A stretch of 62,291 nt of DNA, counting the filler, from Myxococcota bacterium (GTDB lineage Bacteria; Myxococcota_C; UBA6777), in assembly GCA_023150835.1 (NCBI GenBank). It is 2 parts of 2 records of this genome, joined end to end, with 100 filler letters (N's around TTAATTAATTAA, not from the genome) between each part and the next. Parts side by side here need not be neighbours in the genome. Positions count along the whole stretch, not along the records: positions 1 to 31,578 come from JAKLKB010000071.1; positions 31,679 to 62,291 come from JAKLKB010000078.1. The stretch is one strand, 5' to 3'. The number at the start of each line of letters is the position of its first letter. The stretch's first letter is position 1. A program made the translations under genes and the position numbers. Below are positions 29,820 through 38,904 of this stretch, piece by piece. The notes below the pieces were generated by a model. The model searched no databases. It saw only the letters and a program-made list of their open reading frames with translations, and was not told the origin of the DNA.

Positions 29820-30866
29820 ATGACGGACACAAAGAAGCGCCCTACCCGTATCGCAAAGCCTTCTTCTGCAAAAGGACGAGGCGAAAAGAGGAAAGGCCAA
29901 ACAGCGGCACGCGCACCGAGCAAGAGCGAGGTCGCAGCAACAAGGGCGTTAAAAAGCCGAGCGGAGGCCGCTGCGGTAAGTGTAGGGAGAAGCAACGGCC
30001 CGATTGCATCGACGCGAGAGGCCGAGCAACAGGGCGAGATCGAGAAAAGCGTGGCGTCAGAATACAGCGAGCAGAGCGAGGAAAGCGAAGCATTGAAAGA
30101 CGACGGTGAGGCCGATGCGGTTGTGGACGCGGAAGCGGAGGGCGCGCCTGTGGTGTGGGATGCCGCAGCAAGGATGGCTTTTGCGCAAGAGGTGTTGGCG
30201 TCTTCGACGATGGAGACTTTTTTGCCCTTTCATCATGTGCAATTTGTCAAAAGCGCCGTACAGCCGAAGAGTTATCCGCCTCCGATATTTCCCGAAGTGG
30301 CGGTGGCGGGGCGTTCCAATGTGGGAAAATCTTCGTTGCTGAATTCGTTGTTTCAGCGCAAGTCTTTGGTGAAGGTCAGCAAGACGCCGGGTCGGACGCA
30401 GTTGCTTAACTTTTTTGAAGTGGATCGGCAATTGATGCTGGTCGACCTGCCCGGGTATGGGTTTGCCCAAGTCCCCGACGCTGTAAGGCGTCAATGGCAG
30501 CCGATGATCGATCGTTATCTCAACAAGCGCGAAGTCTTGATGGCTTGTTTGTTTCTTTTGGATATCCGTCGTTTGCCGAGCGAAGAAGATCTCGAACTGT
30601 GGGAGTGGCTGCAACATTTCGAGATGGATGTGATCCCCGTCTTGACGAAAGCGGACAAACTATCAAGTCAGCAGCAACAAAAACAATTGCACCAGATCGC
30701 AGAAGCGTTGGACGCACCGCATCAAGGCTTGGTGGTGACGTCCGCCAAAGATCACAAAGGGCGTGATCGTTTGCGCACGATGTTGCGTGCTTATGGCTGG
30801 CAAGCGTGGCAAGCCTATGCGACGGGGGTTTGGGGATCGCTCGAAGAGAAGATGTTGGGAGAATAA
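29820..30866 (+). CDS. engB: Ribosome biogenesis GTPase YihA/YsxC (EngB) with long N-terminal extension
   Basis: PEVAVAGRSNVGKSS, SKTPGRT, VDLPGYG, TKADK, TSA. Confidence 0.95.
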   Translation: MTDTKKRPTRIAKPSSAKGRGEKRKGQTAARAPSKSEVAATRALKSRAEAAAVSVGRSNGPIASTREAEQQGEIEKSVASEYSEQSEESEALKDDGEADAVVDAEAEGAPVVWDAAARMAFAQEVLASSTMETFLPFHHVQFVKSAVQPKSYPPPIFPEVAVAGRSNVGKSSLLNSLFQRKSLVKVSKTPGRTQLLNFFEVDRQLMLVDLPGYGFAQVPDAVRRQWQPMIDRYLNKREVLMACLFLLDIRRLPSEEDLELWEWLQHFEMDVIPVLTKADKLSSQQQQKQLHQIAEALDAPHQGLVVTSAKDHKGRDRLRTMLRAYGWQAWQAYATGVWGSLEEKMLGE

Positions 30867-30950
30867 TTTCGCAGACCATTCACTGCGAAAAGCATCCAAA
30901 CCAGTTAGGCGTTACGCAGGGGTGAGGGTGTTTGTGGGGTTTCACCCCAC

Positions 30951-31187
30951 AGGCGTTAGGTGAAGCGGAGGAAAGCCCCCCACCCCGCCCTTCCCCGTGA
31001 ACAGGGGAGGGAGCGAAAGTCGGAAGCATCGGGGATGTTGTTTTTTCATGACGCACGCTGTATGCACGAAATGCAGACGCTGCCCGTTCCAACTTCCCCC
31101 CGTTCACGGGGGGATTGAGGGGGGGGGGAGAAAAAAAAAGGCGATCAAGACCGACTCTACGAGGTTTCCACCTTAACAAGGCGCGTA
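30951..31187 (+). repeat. Family C element, copy 1 (237 bp), flanked by exact 16-bp direct repeats
   Basis: CCGTGAACAGGGGAGGGAGCGAAAGTCGGA...TCCAACTTCCCCCCGTT...CCTTAACAAGGCGCGTA shared with 57984-58215 and 62092-62291 (minus); TGGGGTTTCACCCCAC at 30935 and 31188. Confidence 0.85.
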
Positions 31188-31320
31188 TGGGGTTTCACCC
31201 CACGCCCCACAAGGGAGCTTTGCCCCCTTGACCCCGTATTGGCGAAGAGATCGCAGGTTTTTCAAGATAACGACCCTGGCGCTTGGGCGTTCGCGAACAC
31301 GGCTTTTTTTGGCAACCGCG
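31187..31320 (-). repeat. Family B element, copy 3
   Basis: Reverse complement matches 61957-62092 (CGCGGTTGCCAAAAAA, GTGTTCGCG, TTCGCCAA, GGGGTCAAGGGGGC). Confidence 0.8.
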
Positions 31321-31542
31321 TAAGTTCTATCGGAGTGATCTATGATCGAAGGATAGCGCCCATGCGCCCTATCCTTGGGCCATAGGGGGCACTTGGACCA
31401 ACTCAATCGATTCGTTTCGCTGACAACACGACTCTTTGTTTCCCTGCGTAACGAGGTTTCTGCTCCGGACTGTTCGCTTTGACGGCTGCTTTTTTCAAAG
31501 CAAACAGTTTCTACGAGTTCCGTCCGTGAAGTACGTGAAAAA

Positions 31543-31578
31543 GTAGGGGCAGACAGGTGTGGCTGCCCAATCACAGGG
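31543..31578 (+). repeat. Family A core (REP-like) at the contig end
   Basis: GTAGGGGCAGACAGGTGTGGCTGCCCAA, nearly identical to 7406-7433; the assembly breaks 10 bp after the hairpin. Confidence 0.75.
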
Positions 31579-31678
31579 NNNNNNNNNNNNNNNNNNNNNN
31601 NNNNNNNNNNNNNNNNNNNNNNTTAATTAATTAANNNNNNNNNNNNNNNNNNNNNNNNNNNNNNNNNNNNNNNNNNNN
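31579..31678. other. Artificial contig spacer
   Basis: 44 N + TTAATTAATTAA (stops in all six frames) + 44 N. Confidence 0.98.
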
Positions 31679-31853
31679 AGCTCCCCTGGTATCTCGGGTT
31701 CTTTGAGTTCGTTCATAACGTACGAAGACGAGGGAAATCCCTTCTTTCTTCGCTGGTTGGGTGCCTTGTTGCATAAGACCTCAAAACACAACATGAGCCT
31801 GGCGTGTTATCGGGCAAGAGAGTGTTCTTGGCCAAGGATGGAGAGGTGATTCG

Positions 31854-33848
31854 ATGCATGGAATGGCGGAGATTGTGTGGATTGCTTTGGCTTCGACGGC
31901 TGTGGTTGCTTTTTGTCATTGGCTCAAATTGCCGTCGTTGCTTGGATTTTTGGTGGTAGGGGTTTTGTTGGGGCCTGTGGGCTTGGGGGTGGTTCATGAT
32001 TCCCATGCCATCGAGTTTGCAGCGGAGATTGGGGTGGTCTTTCTGTTGTTTACGATTGGGTTGGAGATCTCGATAAGCGACTTGGTGCGTATGGCGAGGC
32101 AAGTGCTTGTGGGGGGGGCGTTGCAGATGGGGATCACAGCGCTTGGGGTGGCGCTGTTGTTTGGGGTGATGTTTGGGAGTAGCAAGGTCGGTTGGATTCT
32201 CGGTTTGTTGGTTGTCCCGAGTTCGACGGCGTTGGTGTTGCGTTTGATGGGCGATAGCGGCGAGTTGATGACGCCGTATGGTCGGCTTTCGTTGGCGATC
32301 TTGTTGATGCAGGACTTTGCGGTGGTGGGATTTATGCTGTTGCTTCCGATGTTTGCAAAGAGTGATGCCACGCAGATGCAATTGGTTTGGAGTTTGGGGA
32401 AGGCGGGGTTGGTGACGGCAGGGATCTTTGTGTTGGGGCGTTTTGCCTTTCCTTGGGTGTTGCGGAAGATCGTCGCGCTTCGCAGTCGAGAAGTGTTTTT
32501 GTTGGTGACGCTGAGCATGGTGTTTGGGACAGCGTTTTTGGCGGGAAAACTTGGACTTTCGCTGGCGTTGGGTGCGTTTGTGGCGGGTATTGTGGTTTCC
32601 GAGTCCGAGTTTTCGCATCAGATGTTCGCCGAAGTCTTGCCATTTCGCGATATCCTCAACGGGTTGTTTTTTGTGTCGGTAGGGTTGTTGTTGCAGGCCG
32701 ATGTGGTGCGTGCAAAGCCGTGGATGTTGTTGGGTTGGGTGGTGGGACTGTTGTTGTGGAAGTTTGTGGTGGTGGTGGGGATCGCGAAATTATTTCGTTT
32801 GTCGTGGCAAGCTGCTGTGTTTACGGGTGTTGCTCTTTCACAAGTGGGAGAGTTCGGTTTGGTGATGGTGAAAGAAGCGACCGCGTTAAAGCTGATTACG
32901 CAGGAACAGCGGGGCATGTTGATCGCAGCGTCTTTGGTCACGATGATCTTGACGCCGTTGTTCTTGATGTGGCTGCGTGCAAGTTGGCCGAAGCATCGGG
33001 CTGAAGTACAGGCCGATGTGGATACTGAGATGGCGCAAGAATTGGACAAACACGTGATCCTTGTGGGGTATGGGATCAACGGTCGCAACGTTGCGCGGGC
33101 GTTGCAGTATTTGGGGGTCAAGTTTGTGGTGGTCGAGATGAACCAGCAGACCGTGCAACGGGAACGCGAGAACGGGATACCGATCTGCTACGGCGATGCG
33201 ACAAGTCATATCTTGTTGGAGTTGCTGCATGTCGAGCGCGCGCGGGTGTTTATTACGGCGATTGCGGATGCTGCGGTGACGCGAACCATCGTTGCACAGG
33301 CACGGCATGCCAACCCCAAGATGCAGGTGATCGCACGAACACGCTATATCGCAGAGATTGGGCCGTTGCGTGAACTGGGTGCAGATATCGTGGTTCCTGA
33401 AGAGTTTGAAACATCCATCGAGTTGTTTGGTCGGATCTTGCTGGCGTATGATATCCCTGAATTTCAAGTGGATATGGAAAAGCGGAAGTTGCGTAACGAA
33501 GAATACAAGGTGCTTTTGGATGAAACTGTAAAGCCCGTCGTTTCGTGGGCAGATTTTTTTTCGGGGCTTCAGATCGAACGGGTGCTTTTGGAAGACGGTT
33601 GGAAGGGCGCAGAGAAGACACTTGGGGAACTGCATTTGCGGGTCAATACAGGAGCGACGGTCTTGGCGATCTTGCGCGATGAGCAGGTGCATAGCGCGCC
33701 CGAAGGCGGATTTCGCTTGTCTGTGTGCGATACCCTGATCCTTGCAGGCGACGCCCAAGCCATGCAAAAGGCAAAGGAATTGTTGCGCGACGGTGTCTTG
33801 GGGCAATCCTCAAAAAGTCTTCTGGTAGAGAAGACCAAAGAAGCTTGA
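31854..33848 (+). CDS. CPA2-family cation:proton antiporter with TrkA-N and TrkA-C domains (Kef/YbaL-like)
   Basis: AEIGVVFLLFTIGLE, SSTA, LLMQD, LGAFVAG, FFVSVG, SQVGEF, VGYGING, YGDAT, C-terminal RCK-C-like GATVLAILR; GGAGAGG upstream. Confidence 0.93.
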   Translation: MHGMAEIVWIALASTAVVAFCHWLKLPSLLGFLVVGVLLGPVGLGVVHDSHAIEFAAEIGVVFLLFTIGLEISISDLVRMARQVLVGGALQMGITALGVALLFGVMFGSSKVGWILGLLVVPSSTALVLRLMGDSGELMTPYGRLSLAILLMQDFAVVGFMLLLPMFAKSDATQMQLVWSLGKAGLVTAGIFVLGRFAFPWVLRKIVALRSREVFLLVTLSMVFGTAFLAGKLGLSLALGAFVAGIVVSESEFSHQMFAEVLPFRDILNGLFFVSVGLLLQADVVRAKPWMLLGWVVGLLLWKFVVVVGIAKLFRLSWQAAVFTGVALSQVGEFGLVMVKEATALKLITQEQRGMLIAASLVTMILTPLFLMWLRASWPKHRAEVQADVDTEMAQELDKHVILVGYGINGRNVARALQYLGVKFVVVEMNQQTVQRERENGIPICYGDATSHILLELLHVERARVFITAIADAAVTRTIVAQARHANPKMQVIARTRYIAEIGPLRELGADIVVPEEFETSIELFGRILLAYDIPEFQVDMEKRKLRNEEYKVLLDETVKPVVSWADFFSGLQIERVLLEDGWKGAEKTLGELHLRVNTGATVLAILRDEQVHSAPEGGFRLSVCDTLILAGDAQAMQKAKELLRDGVLGQSSKSLLVEKTKEA

Positions 33849-33850
33849 TC

Positions 33851-33962
33851 CACGGAAAGCACGGAAAACACGGAAAGGGAAGAAGAGGAAGAAGAGGAAG
33901 AAGAGAGGGGAGAGGAAGAAGAGAGGGGAGAGGAAGAAGAGAGGGGAGAGGAAGAAGAGAGG
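33851..33962. repeat. Three copies of the CACGGAAA(G/A) 9-mer followed by a pure-purine 9/18-bp repeat tract
   Basis: CACGGAAAG CACGGAAAA CACGGAAAG, then GAAGAAGAG and GAAGAAGAGAGGGGAGAG units. Confidence 0.9.
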
Positions 33963-34066
33963 CTTTCCATGTTAGAGGGGGGATGATTGTTTTTGTGCGT
34001 TGTTTGGAGGAGTTGGGTAGGAGTGGTCTTGTGTCGTGGTGGGATGGGTTGTGTGGGTGTCGTTGG

Positions 34067-34158
34067 TGGATGGATGTCGTTGGTGGGGTTTGGATGGATG
34101 TCGTTGGTGGGGTTTGGATGGATGTCGTTGGTGGGGGTTGGATGGATGTCGTTGGTGG
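34067..34158. repeat. 24-bp tandem repeat, ~3.8 copies
   Basis: Unit TGGATGGATGTCGTTGGTGGGGTT. Confidence 0.9.
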
Positions 34159-34329
34159 CTTCGATGGGATGGGCGTTGGGGGAAGGGTAGGTGCGAAGGC
34201 GCATTCGCCAGTCGACGCCGACCATTTGACCGGGAAGGATGGGGAGCCAGACATTTTCACCTTGGAGAGGTTCACTGGAAAAGATCAGGTGGTTGACAAA
34301 TCCTGTTTGGCTTTTGTGTTCACATTCCT

Positions 34330-34710
34330 GTGAGAAGCTGGGGCAGAGGTCGCGTTGTGAGCAGAGTGTTTTGTAGGTGCTGTAGTAGAGGTCTTTTCCG
34401 CCTTGGTGGGCAAGCATGGTCGAGCTCTCTCGCCCTGATCTTGATCGGCGCACTTGGGGCGATTAGTTTCTTCTTTTCTCGCCCCACCACTTACCCCACG
34501 CCCTCAGGCCCTCGCTCCTACCGCAACTTCCCCCCTTACGCCCCTCCCCCAAACAACCCTCCCGCCTACCCCAACCAAGCCAGCTATCCCCAAATGCCCG
34601 CCCATCCGAACCCACCACACGGCACAGCACGCCCAAAGCAAAGCTTCCGACAACGCCTCAAAAACCTCCGACGTCGACGCGCCAAATCTTCACAAGAGCG
34701 TCGATGGTAG
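34330..34710 (+). CDS. Possible small membrane-anchored Pro-rich protein
   Basis: Single hydrophobic segment (LALILIGALGAISFFF), Pro/Tyr/Asn-rich middle, basic tail; fills an intergenic gap; start unclear. Confidence 0.35.
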   Translation: MRSWGRGRVVSRVFCRCCSRGLFRLGGQAWSSSLALILIGALGAISFFFSRPTTYPTPSGPRSYRNFPPYAPPPNNPPAYPNQASYPQMPAHPNPPHGTARPKQSFRQRLKNLRRRRAKSSQERRW

Positions 34711-34910
34711 CAAACATCGGCCGCTCGTTTTGAACGGGACTCGATGCAAGAGAAGAGGATCGGAACCAAGCGGTTGCAACTCGACGCGCACGGATTATAC
34801 TGTGCAACCGCTCGCTCAAACGCGCTGCGTTTGCGCAGCGATCCAACACGACCCCATATTCGCCATCTGCCGAAGGCTTGGAGCTTTCGGGTACCTCAAA
34901 GGAGATCCTC

Positions 34911-36746
34911 ATGCGCTCTCGCAAGTCCCTCCTGCTCTTTGGCTGCTTGCTCTCGGCGTCTTTGCTGTTGGCTTGCAAAAAAGATCTTCCCCCCGGAAGC
35001 CCCGCTGCGATCCAAAACAGCACCTCCGCCCACACACCCACCCAACCGATCTCTGCGGTCCAACAAAAACAGATCGACAGTCTGCTTCGCTACCTTCCCA
35101 AAAGCAGCGAATGGGTCTCGATCGTCCCGCGACTCGACGAATTCCCCCAACAGATCGATGCTTTCTTAAAGCGCGTTGAAGCCATCCGCAAAAATGACGA
35201 ACTTCGCCGCCTTTTGATGGCCATGCAAAACCAGATCGGCGTCAATCCGCTCGATCCCAAAAGCCTCTCCCAAAGCGGTTTCGATCTCACCAGTCCGCTC
35301 GTGCTCGCCACCCTGCGGCAAAAAGCCGAAAACAAAACCTTTCTCTTGCTCGCCTTTCGCGCCCAAGATGCCAACACTCTTACACAAAAGCTCAAACACG
35401 CACTCACCGAGCGCCAGATGGCCAAAGAGACCCGCACCAAAAAGTGGAAAGAGCACACGCTTACAACCTTCTACAGCATCGGCCTCTTCAACAAACCCAA
35501 CGAAGATCTGAGTTATACCGTCCTCGACAAAAACACCCTCCTGATCGCCATCGAGACCACCGCCAAAGCCATGCCCGATCCCGAAGAAACCAAAAAGCAC
35601 ACCGAGTCGGGTGCTGCGGCGCTTGAAACGCTTCTACAACTCGCCCCCCAAGACAGCCTTCAACACGATGCAAACCTCCAAGAAGCCCTAAAACAAAGTC
35701 CCTCTAGCCTGTTTTTGGTCTACACCGATCTCAAAGATATCGCCCAAAACATCGCCCGTTCAGCCGCCCAAAACGCTCCCATGCGCCTTCGAGGCACTCG
35801 ACGCCTCCCGCTAGACTTGGACGCGATTAGTCGAAAAATGCCCTTGCGATGGGCATCTTCGCGCTTCACCCTCAACGAAAAGGGCGGTCAGATGGAGGCT
35901 TATCTGGCGATCGATCCCAAAGCCAGCGCGCAACTCAAGCTGCTCAAAGCCCCCAAAGGCGACGCCGCCCAACTCGCACAGGCCGTCCACAAAAACGCGA
36001 TCCTCACCCTCAAAGGCTCGCTCGATGCCAACGGCCTGCTCACACAAGCCGAAACACTCGCCAAGATCGCGGGCCTTGATCTGGAACGGATCTACGCCAT
36101 GATCGCCCAAATGACGGGCATCGACACCAAAAAAGAGATCGTCTCTCAAGCCGCTGGGCATGGATTCTTCTCGCTCTACGAAGTCGATCCCGGCGTCCTC
36201 ACCGAATGGCCCCAACAATACCGCCGAAACCCCTACTTTCTCCCACGCTACATCCACCTCGCCATCGTCGCCCAAGTCAACGACCCCAAAGCCCTCCAAA
36301 CTACCCTCGAAAAAGCCGCCAAGACCTTCCGCCTCGGAAAGAGCAGTATCCAAACGGAAAAAGGCCAACACGGCTCCCCGATCTATAGCCTCGAAGCATG
36401 GCCGGGCGCACGCGCTTATTGGACGATCGACGGCGATGTCTTTGTCTACAGCATCGGTAACAAAGCCCTTCAATACAGCCTGCTCGCACGAAAACATCCC
36501 AAAGAGCGCCTGCTTTCGGATGGAAAAAGCCCGATACTCCTCGATCAAGGCAGCCAAGCCGCACTGCTCGACCTCAAAAACCTCCAAAAAGCACTCCAAG
36601 GACTCCAGCTACCCTTTACGGTGCGCTTGCTCCTTGGAAACGTCCTCCAACAAATCCAAGGCATCGACCGCCTCAGCGTCGGCTTGTCGCCCGCCCAAAA
36701 CGCACTAGTGTTGCGCGGTCAACTGCTACTCGGAGAAGCCCGATGA
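34911..36746 (+). CDS. Large lipoprotein of unknown function
   Basis: AAAGGAG then ATG at 34911; lipobox LLLAC; stop overlaps the start of the ABC ATPase (ATGA). Confidence 0.85.
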   Translation: MRSRKSLLLFGCLLSASLLLACKKDLPPGSPAAIQNSTSAHTPTQPISAVQQKQIDSLLRYLPKSSEWVSIVPRLDEFPQQIDAFLKRVEAIRKNDELRRLLMAMQNQIGVNPLDPKSLSQSGFDLTSPLVLATLRQKAENKTFLLLAFRAQDANTLTQKLKHALTERQMAKETRTKKWKEHTLTTFYSIGLFNKPNEDLSYTVLDKNTLLIAIETTAKAMPDPEETKKHTESGAAALETLLQLAPQDSLQHDANLQEALKQSPSSLFLVYTDLKDIAQNIARSAAQNAPMRLRGTRRLPLDLDAISRKMPLRWASSRFTLNEKGGQMEAYLAIDPKASAQLKLLKAPKGDAAQLAQAVHKNAILTLKGSLDANGLLTQAETLAKIAGLDLERIYAMIAQMTGIDTKKEIVSQAAGHGFFSLYEVDPGVLTEWPQQYRRNPYFLPRYIHLAIVAQVNDPKALQTTLEKAAKTFRLGKSSIQTEKGQHGSPIYSLEAWPGARAYWTIDGDVFVYSIGNKALQYSLLARKHPKERLLSDGKSPILLDQGSQAALLDLKNLQKALQGLQLPFTVRLLLGNVLQQIQGIDRLSVGLSPAQNALVLRGQLLLGEAR

Positions 36747-37444
36747 TCCGACTGGAACACGTCAGCCGCGTCTTTCAAGACGGAACCAAGCGGCTCGAGA
36801 TCTTGAACGAACTTGACTGGTCCCTCGAAACCGGCCAATCCATCGCTGTGATGGGCCGTTCAGGAAGCGGAAAGTCGACTTTGCTCAATATCCTCGGCGG
36901 TCTTGACCGAGAGTACGAAGGCAAAGTCTTCTTTGACGGACAAGAACTCAAGCAACTCAACGACCGACAGATCGCACAACTTCGCAACCAAAAGATCGGC
37001 TACATCTTCCAAAGTTTCCATCTGCTCGATCAATTGACCTGCGAAGAAAATGTCATGCTCCCTAGCTGGTTTGCAGAGATGTCCCATGATGCGGCCCTCC
37101 AACGCGCCAAAGATCTGCTCACCCGCGTCGGACTTGCCCACAAGATCGGCACTCGCCCGCAACGCTTGTCGGGTGGGGAAAAACAACGCGTCGCCATCGC
37201 ACGCGCCCTGATGATGAAGCCTGCCTTGCTCCTTTGTGACGAACCCACCGGCAACCTTGACGAGGCCACAGGAGAAGAGATCCTCCAACTCTTCCTTCGC
37301 CTTCAAAAAGAAGAACACTTGACCTTGATCCTTGTGACGCACGAGATCCGCACCGCCGAGATCGCCGATCAAGTCTTTGTCCTTCAACAAGGCAAACTCG
37401 TTCAAGGCAAGCTCGAAGACGGTCACGCCGTCGCACACAGCTAA
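36743..37444 (+). CDS. ABC transporter ATP-binding protein (LolD/MacB-like)
   Basis: GRSGSGKST, IFQSFHL, LSGGEKQRVAIARA, LLCDEPTGNLD, VTH. Confidence 0.95.
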   Translation: MIRLEHVSRVFQDGTKRLEILNELDWSLETGQSIAVMGRSGSGKSTLLNILGGLDREYEGKVFFDGQELKQLNDRQIAQLRNQKIGYIFQSFHLLDQLTCEENVMLPSWFAEMSHDAALQRAKDLLTRVGLAHKIGTRPQRLSGGEKQRVAIARALMMKPALLLCDEPTGNLDEATGEEILQLFLRLQKEEHLTLILVTHEIRTAEIADQVFVLQQGKLVQGKLEDGHAVAHS

Positions 37445-37485
37445 CCACTCCCTTGCACCCAACGCTCCTTGCTTAGGAGGCTCCT

Positions 37486-38892
37486 TTGCGTATCTCTGCC
37501 TTTTTTCGATTGCTTTCTCTCAATATCCGACGCAACGCCCGCAATCTGCTTTTGAGCAGCACGGGGATCGTGATCGGCATCGCTTCGTTTGTGTTTTTTG
37601 TGGCCCTTGGCTACGGCGTCCGCCAGATCGTTTCGCACGATCTGCTCGGCGCACTGCCTGTCAACCAGATCGCCATCACCCCCAAAAGCTACGCAGCCGG
37701 GATGTTTCGCTTTGAATCGCTGTTGAGTCGTGGCATCACCGAAGACACGCTCGCTCGTTTTCGCGCTCTACCCGGCGTCAAGCGCGTCTACGGCAAAATG
37801 AATCTCAAAGCCCCTGCCCGAGCCGTCGTCCCCATCCCCGCTTTTCTCCAACAACAAGGCATGGCTTCCGCTTTTTACACAGAACTTGTCGCCCAAGGCA
37901 TCGAACCCGAAGCCATCGACAAAAAAGACCTCGGTGGCCTTGACTTCATCTTTCACCCGCCACCCAAAGCCCCCACATCCCAACCCACCACCCGCTCTCC
38001 TAAACCGCCGATCGACCGCGATGTCGTTCAATGCGGGCGCTTTCGCTTTTCCAAAAAGCCCGTCCCTGTGCTGATCTCTCGAAGACTACTCGATCTCTAC
38101 AATTCCACCCTTGCGGGTACACGGGGGTTTCCAAAACTCAACGATCAATTTGTACGCGCCGTGTCTTTTGATATGTACGTCGGTAGCTCCGCGTTTCAAA
38201 GAGATCGCCATCCTGCCGGGGTTTGCCGGATGAAATGCCGTGTGGTCGGCGTCTCCAACCGCGCCATATTGCTCGGGATCAGCCTCCCTCTCGGTTACAT
38301 CCAGCGCCTCAATCTGATCTACAACGACGCCACTTCTGCGCCCACCTACCAAAGCGTGATCCTCGAAGCTCACCAAGCCAGCGAGATCCCACAACTGCTC
38401 GCCACACTCGACAAGATGGGCTTTACTCTCGAAAGTGGGCAGATCTTTGCCCGAAAAGTCGGCGAAATGGTCTTCCTCTTTGCGCTGGTGCTCACGCTCA
38501 TTAGCGTCATTATCATGGTGATCGCAGCGATATCGATCGGTCATACTTTTTTCATGTTCGTGTACGAACGCCGCTACCAGATCGGACTCATGCGTGCGAT
38601 CGGTGCAACCAAGTCTTTGATCCGACGGCTGATCTTGATGGAAGCTGCGGTGGTGGGAATTGTCAGCGGCGCGTTGGGTCTTGGTGTAGCGTGGACAGCC
38701 ACACACGGCTTGCGGTGGGCGCTTGAACGTTCACAACGCCTGCCCTTTGAAGCCGCCAAGCTGTTTTCCTTCCCGTCTTGGTTGCCTTGGGCGGCCCTTG
38801 GCTTTTCTGTACTCTTTTGCTTGATCGGTGCTTTTTTCCCCGCTCGACGCGCTGCGGCGCTCGATCCTGCCCGTGTCCTCACCGAAGGCTAA
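37486..38892 (+). CDS. ABC transporter permease (MacB/FtsX-type, 4 TM)
   Basis: GIVIGIAS TM1, large periplasmic region, ERRYQIGLMRAIGA, PARRAAALDP; TTG start after AGGAGG. Confidence 0.92.
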   Translation: MRISAFFRLLSLNIRRNARNLLLSSTGIVIGIASFVFFVALGYGVRQIVSHDLLGALPVNQIAITPKSYAAGMFRFESLLSRGITEDTLARFRALPGVKRVYGKMNLKAPARAVVPIPAFLQQQGMASAFYTELVAQGIEPEAIDKKDLGGLDFIFHPPPKAPTSQPTTRSPKPPIDRDVVQCGRFRFSKKPVPVLISRRLLDLYNSTLAGTRGFPKLNDQFVRAVSFDMYVGSSAFQRDRHPAGVCRMKCRVVGVSNRAILLGISLPLGYIQRLNLIYNDATSAPTYQSVILEAHQASEIPQLLATLDKMGFTLESGQIFARKVGEMVFLFALVLTLISVIIMVIAAISIGHTFFMFVYERRYQIGLMRAIGATKSLIRRLILMEAAVVGIVSGALGLGVAWTATHGLRWALERSQRLPFEAAKLFSFPSWLPWAALGFSVLFCLIGAFFPARRAAALDPARVLTEG

Positions 38893-38904
38893 AACCAACA
38901 CTCC

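Noticed and set aside
30904-31187. GTTAGGC/GTTAGGT and TAACAAGGCG as integron attC cores
   Set aside because: The arrangement and length do not give a proper attC, the boundary duplication is at the hairpin rather than at G/TT, and no integrase or cassette ORFs are present.
31579-31678. TTAATTAATTAA palindrome within N runs
   Set aside because: Standard six-frame-stop contig linker; not biological. Nothing was inferred across it.
34067-34158. 24-46-bp repeats as possible CRISPR arrays (also 8239, 26092, 52237)
   Set aside because: Units are head-to-tail with no unique spacers, and no cas genes are present.
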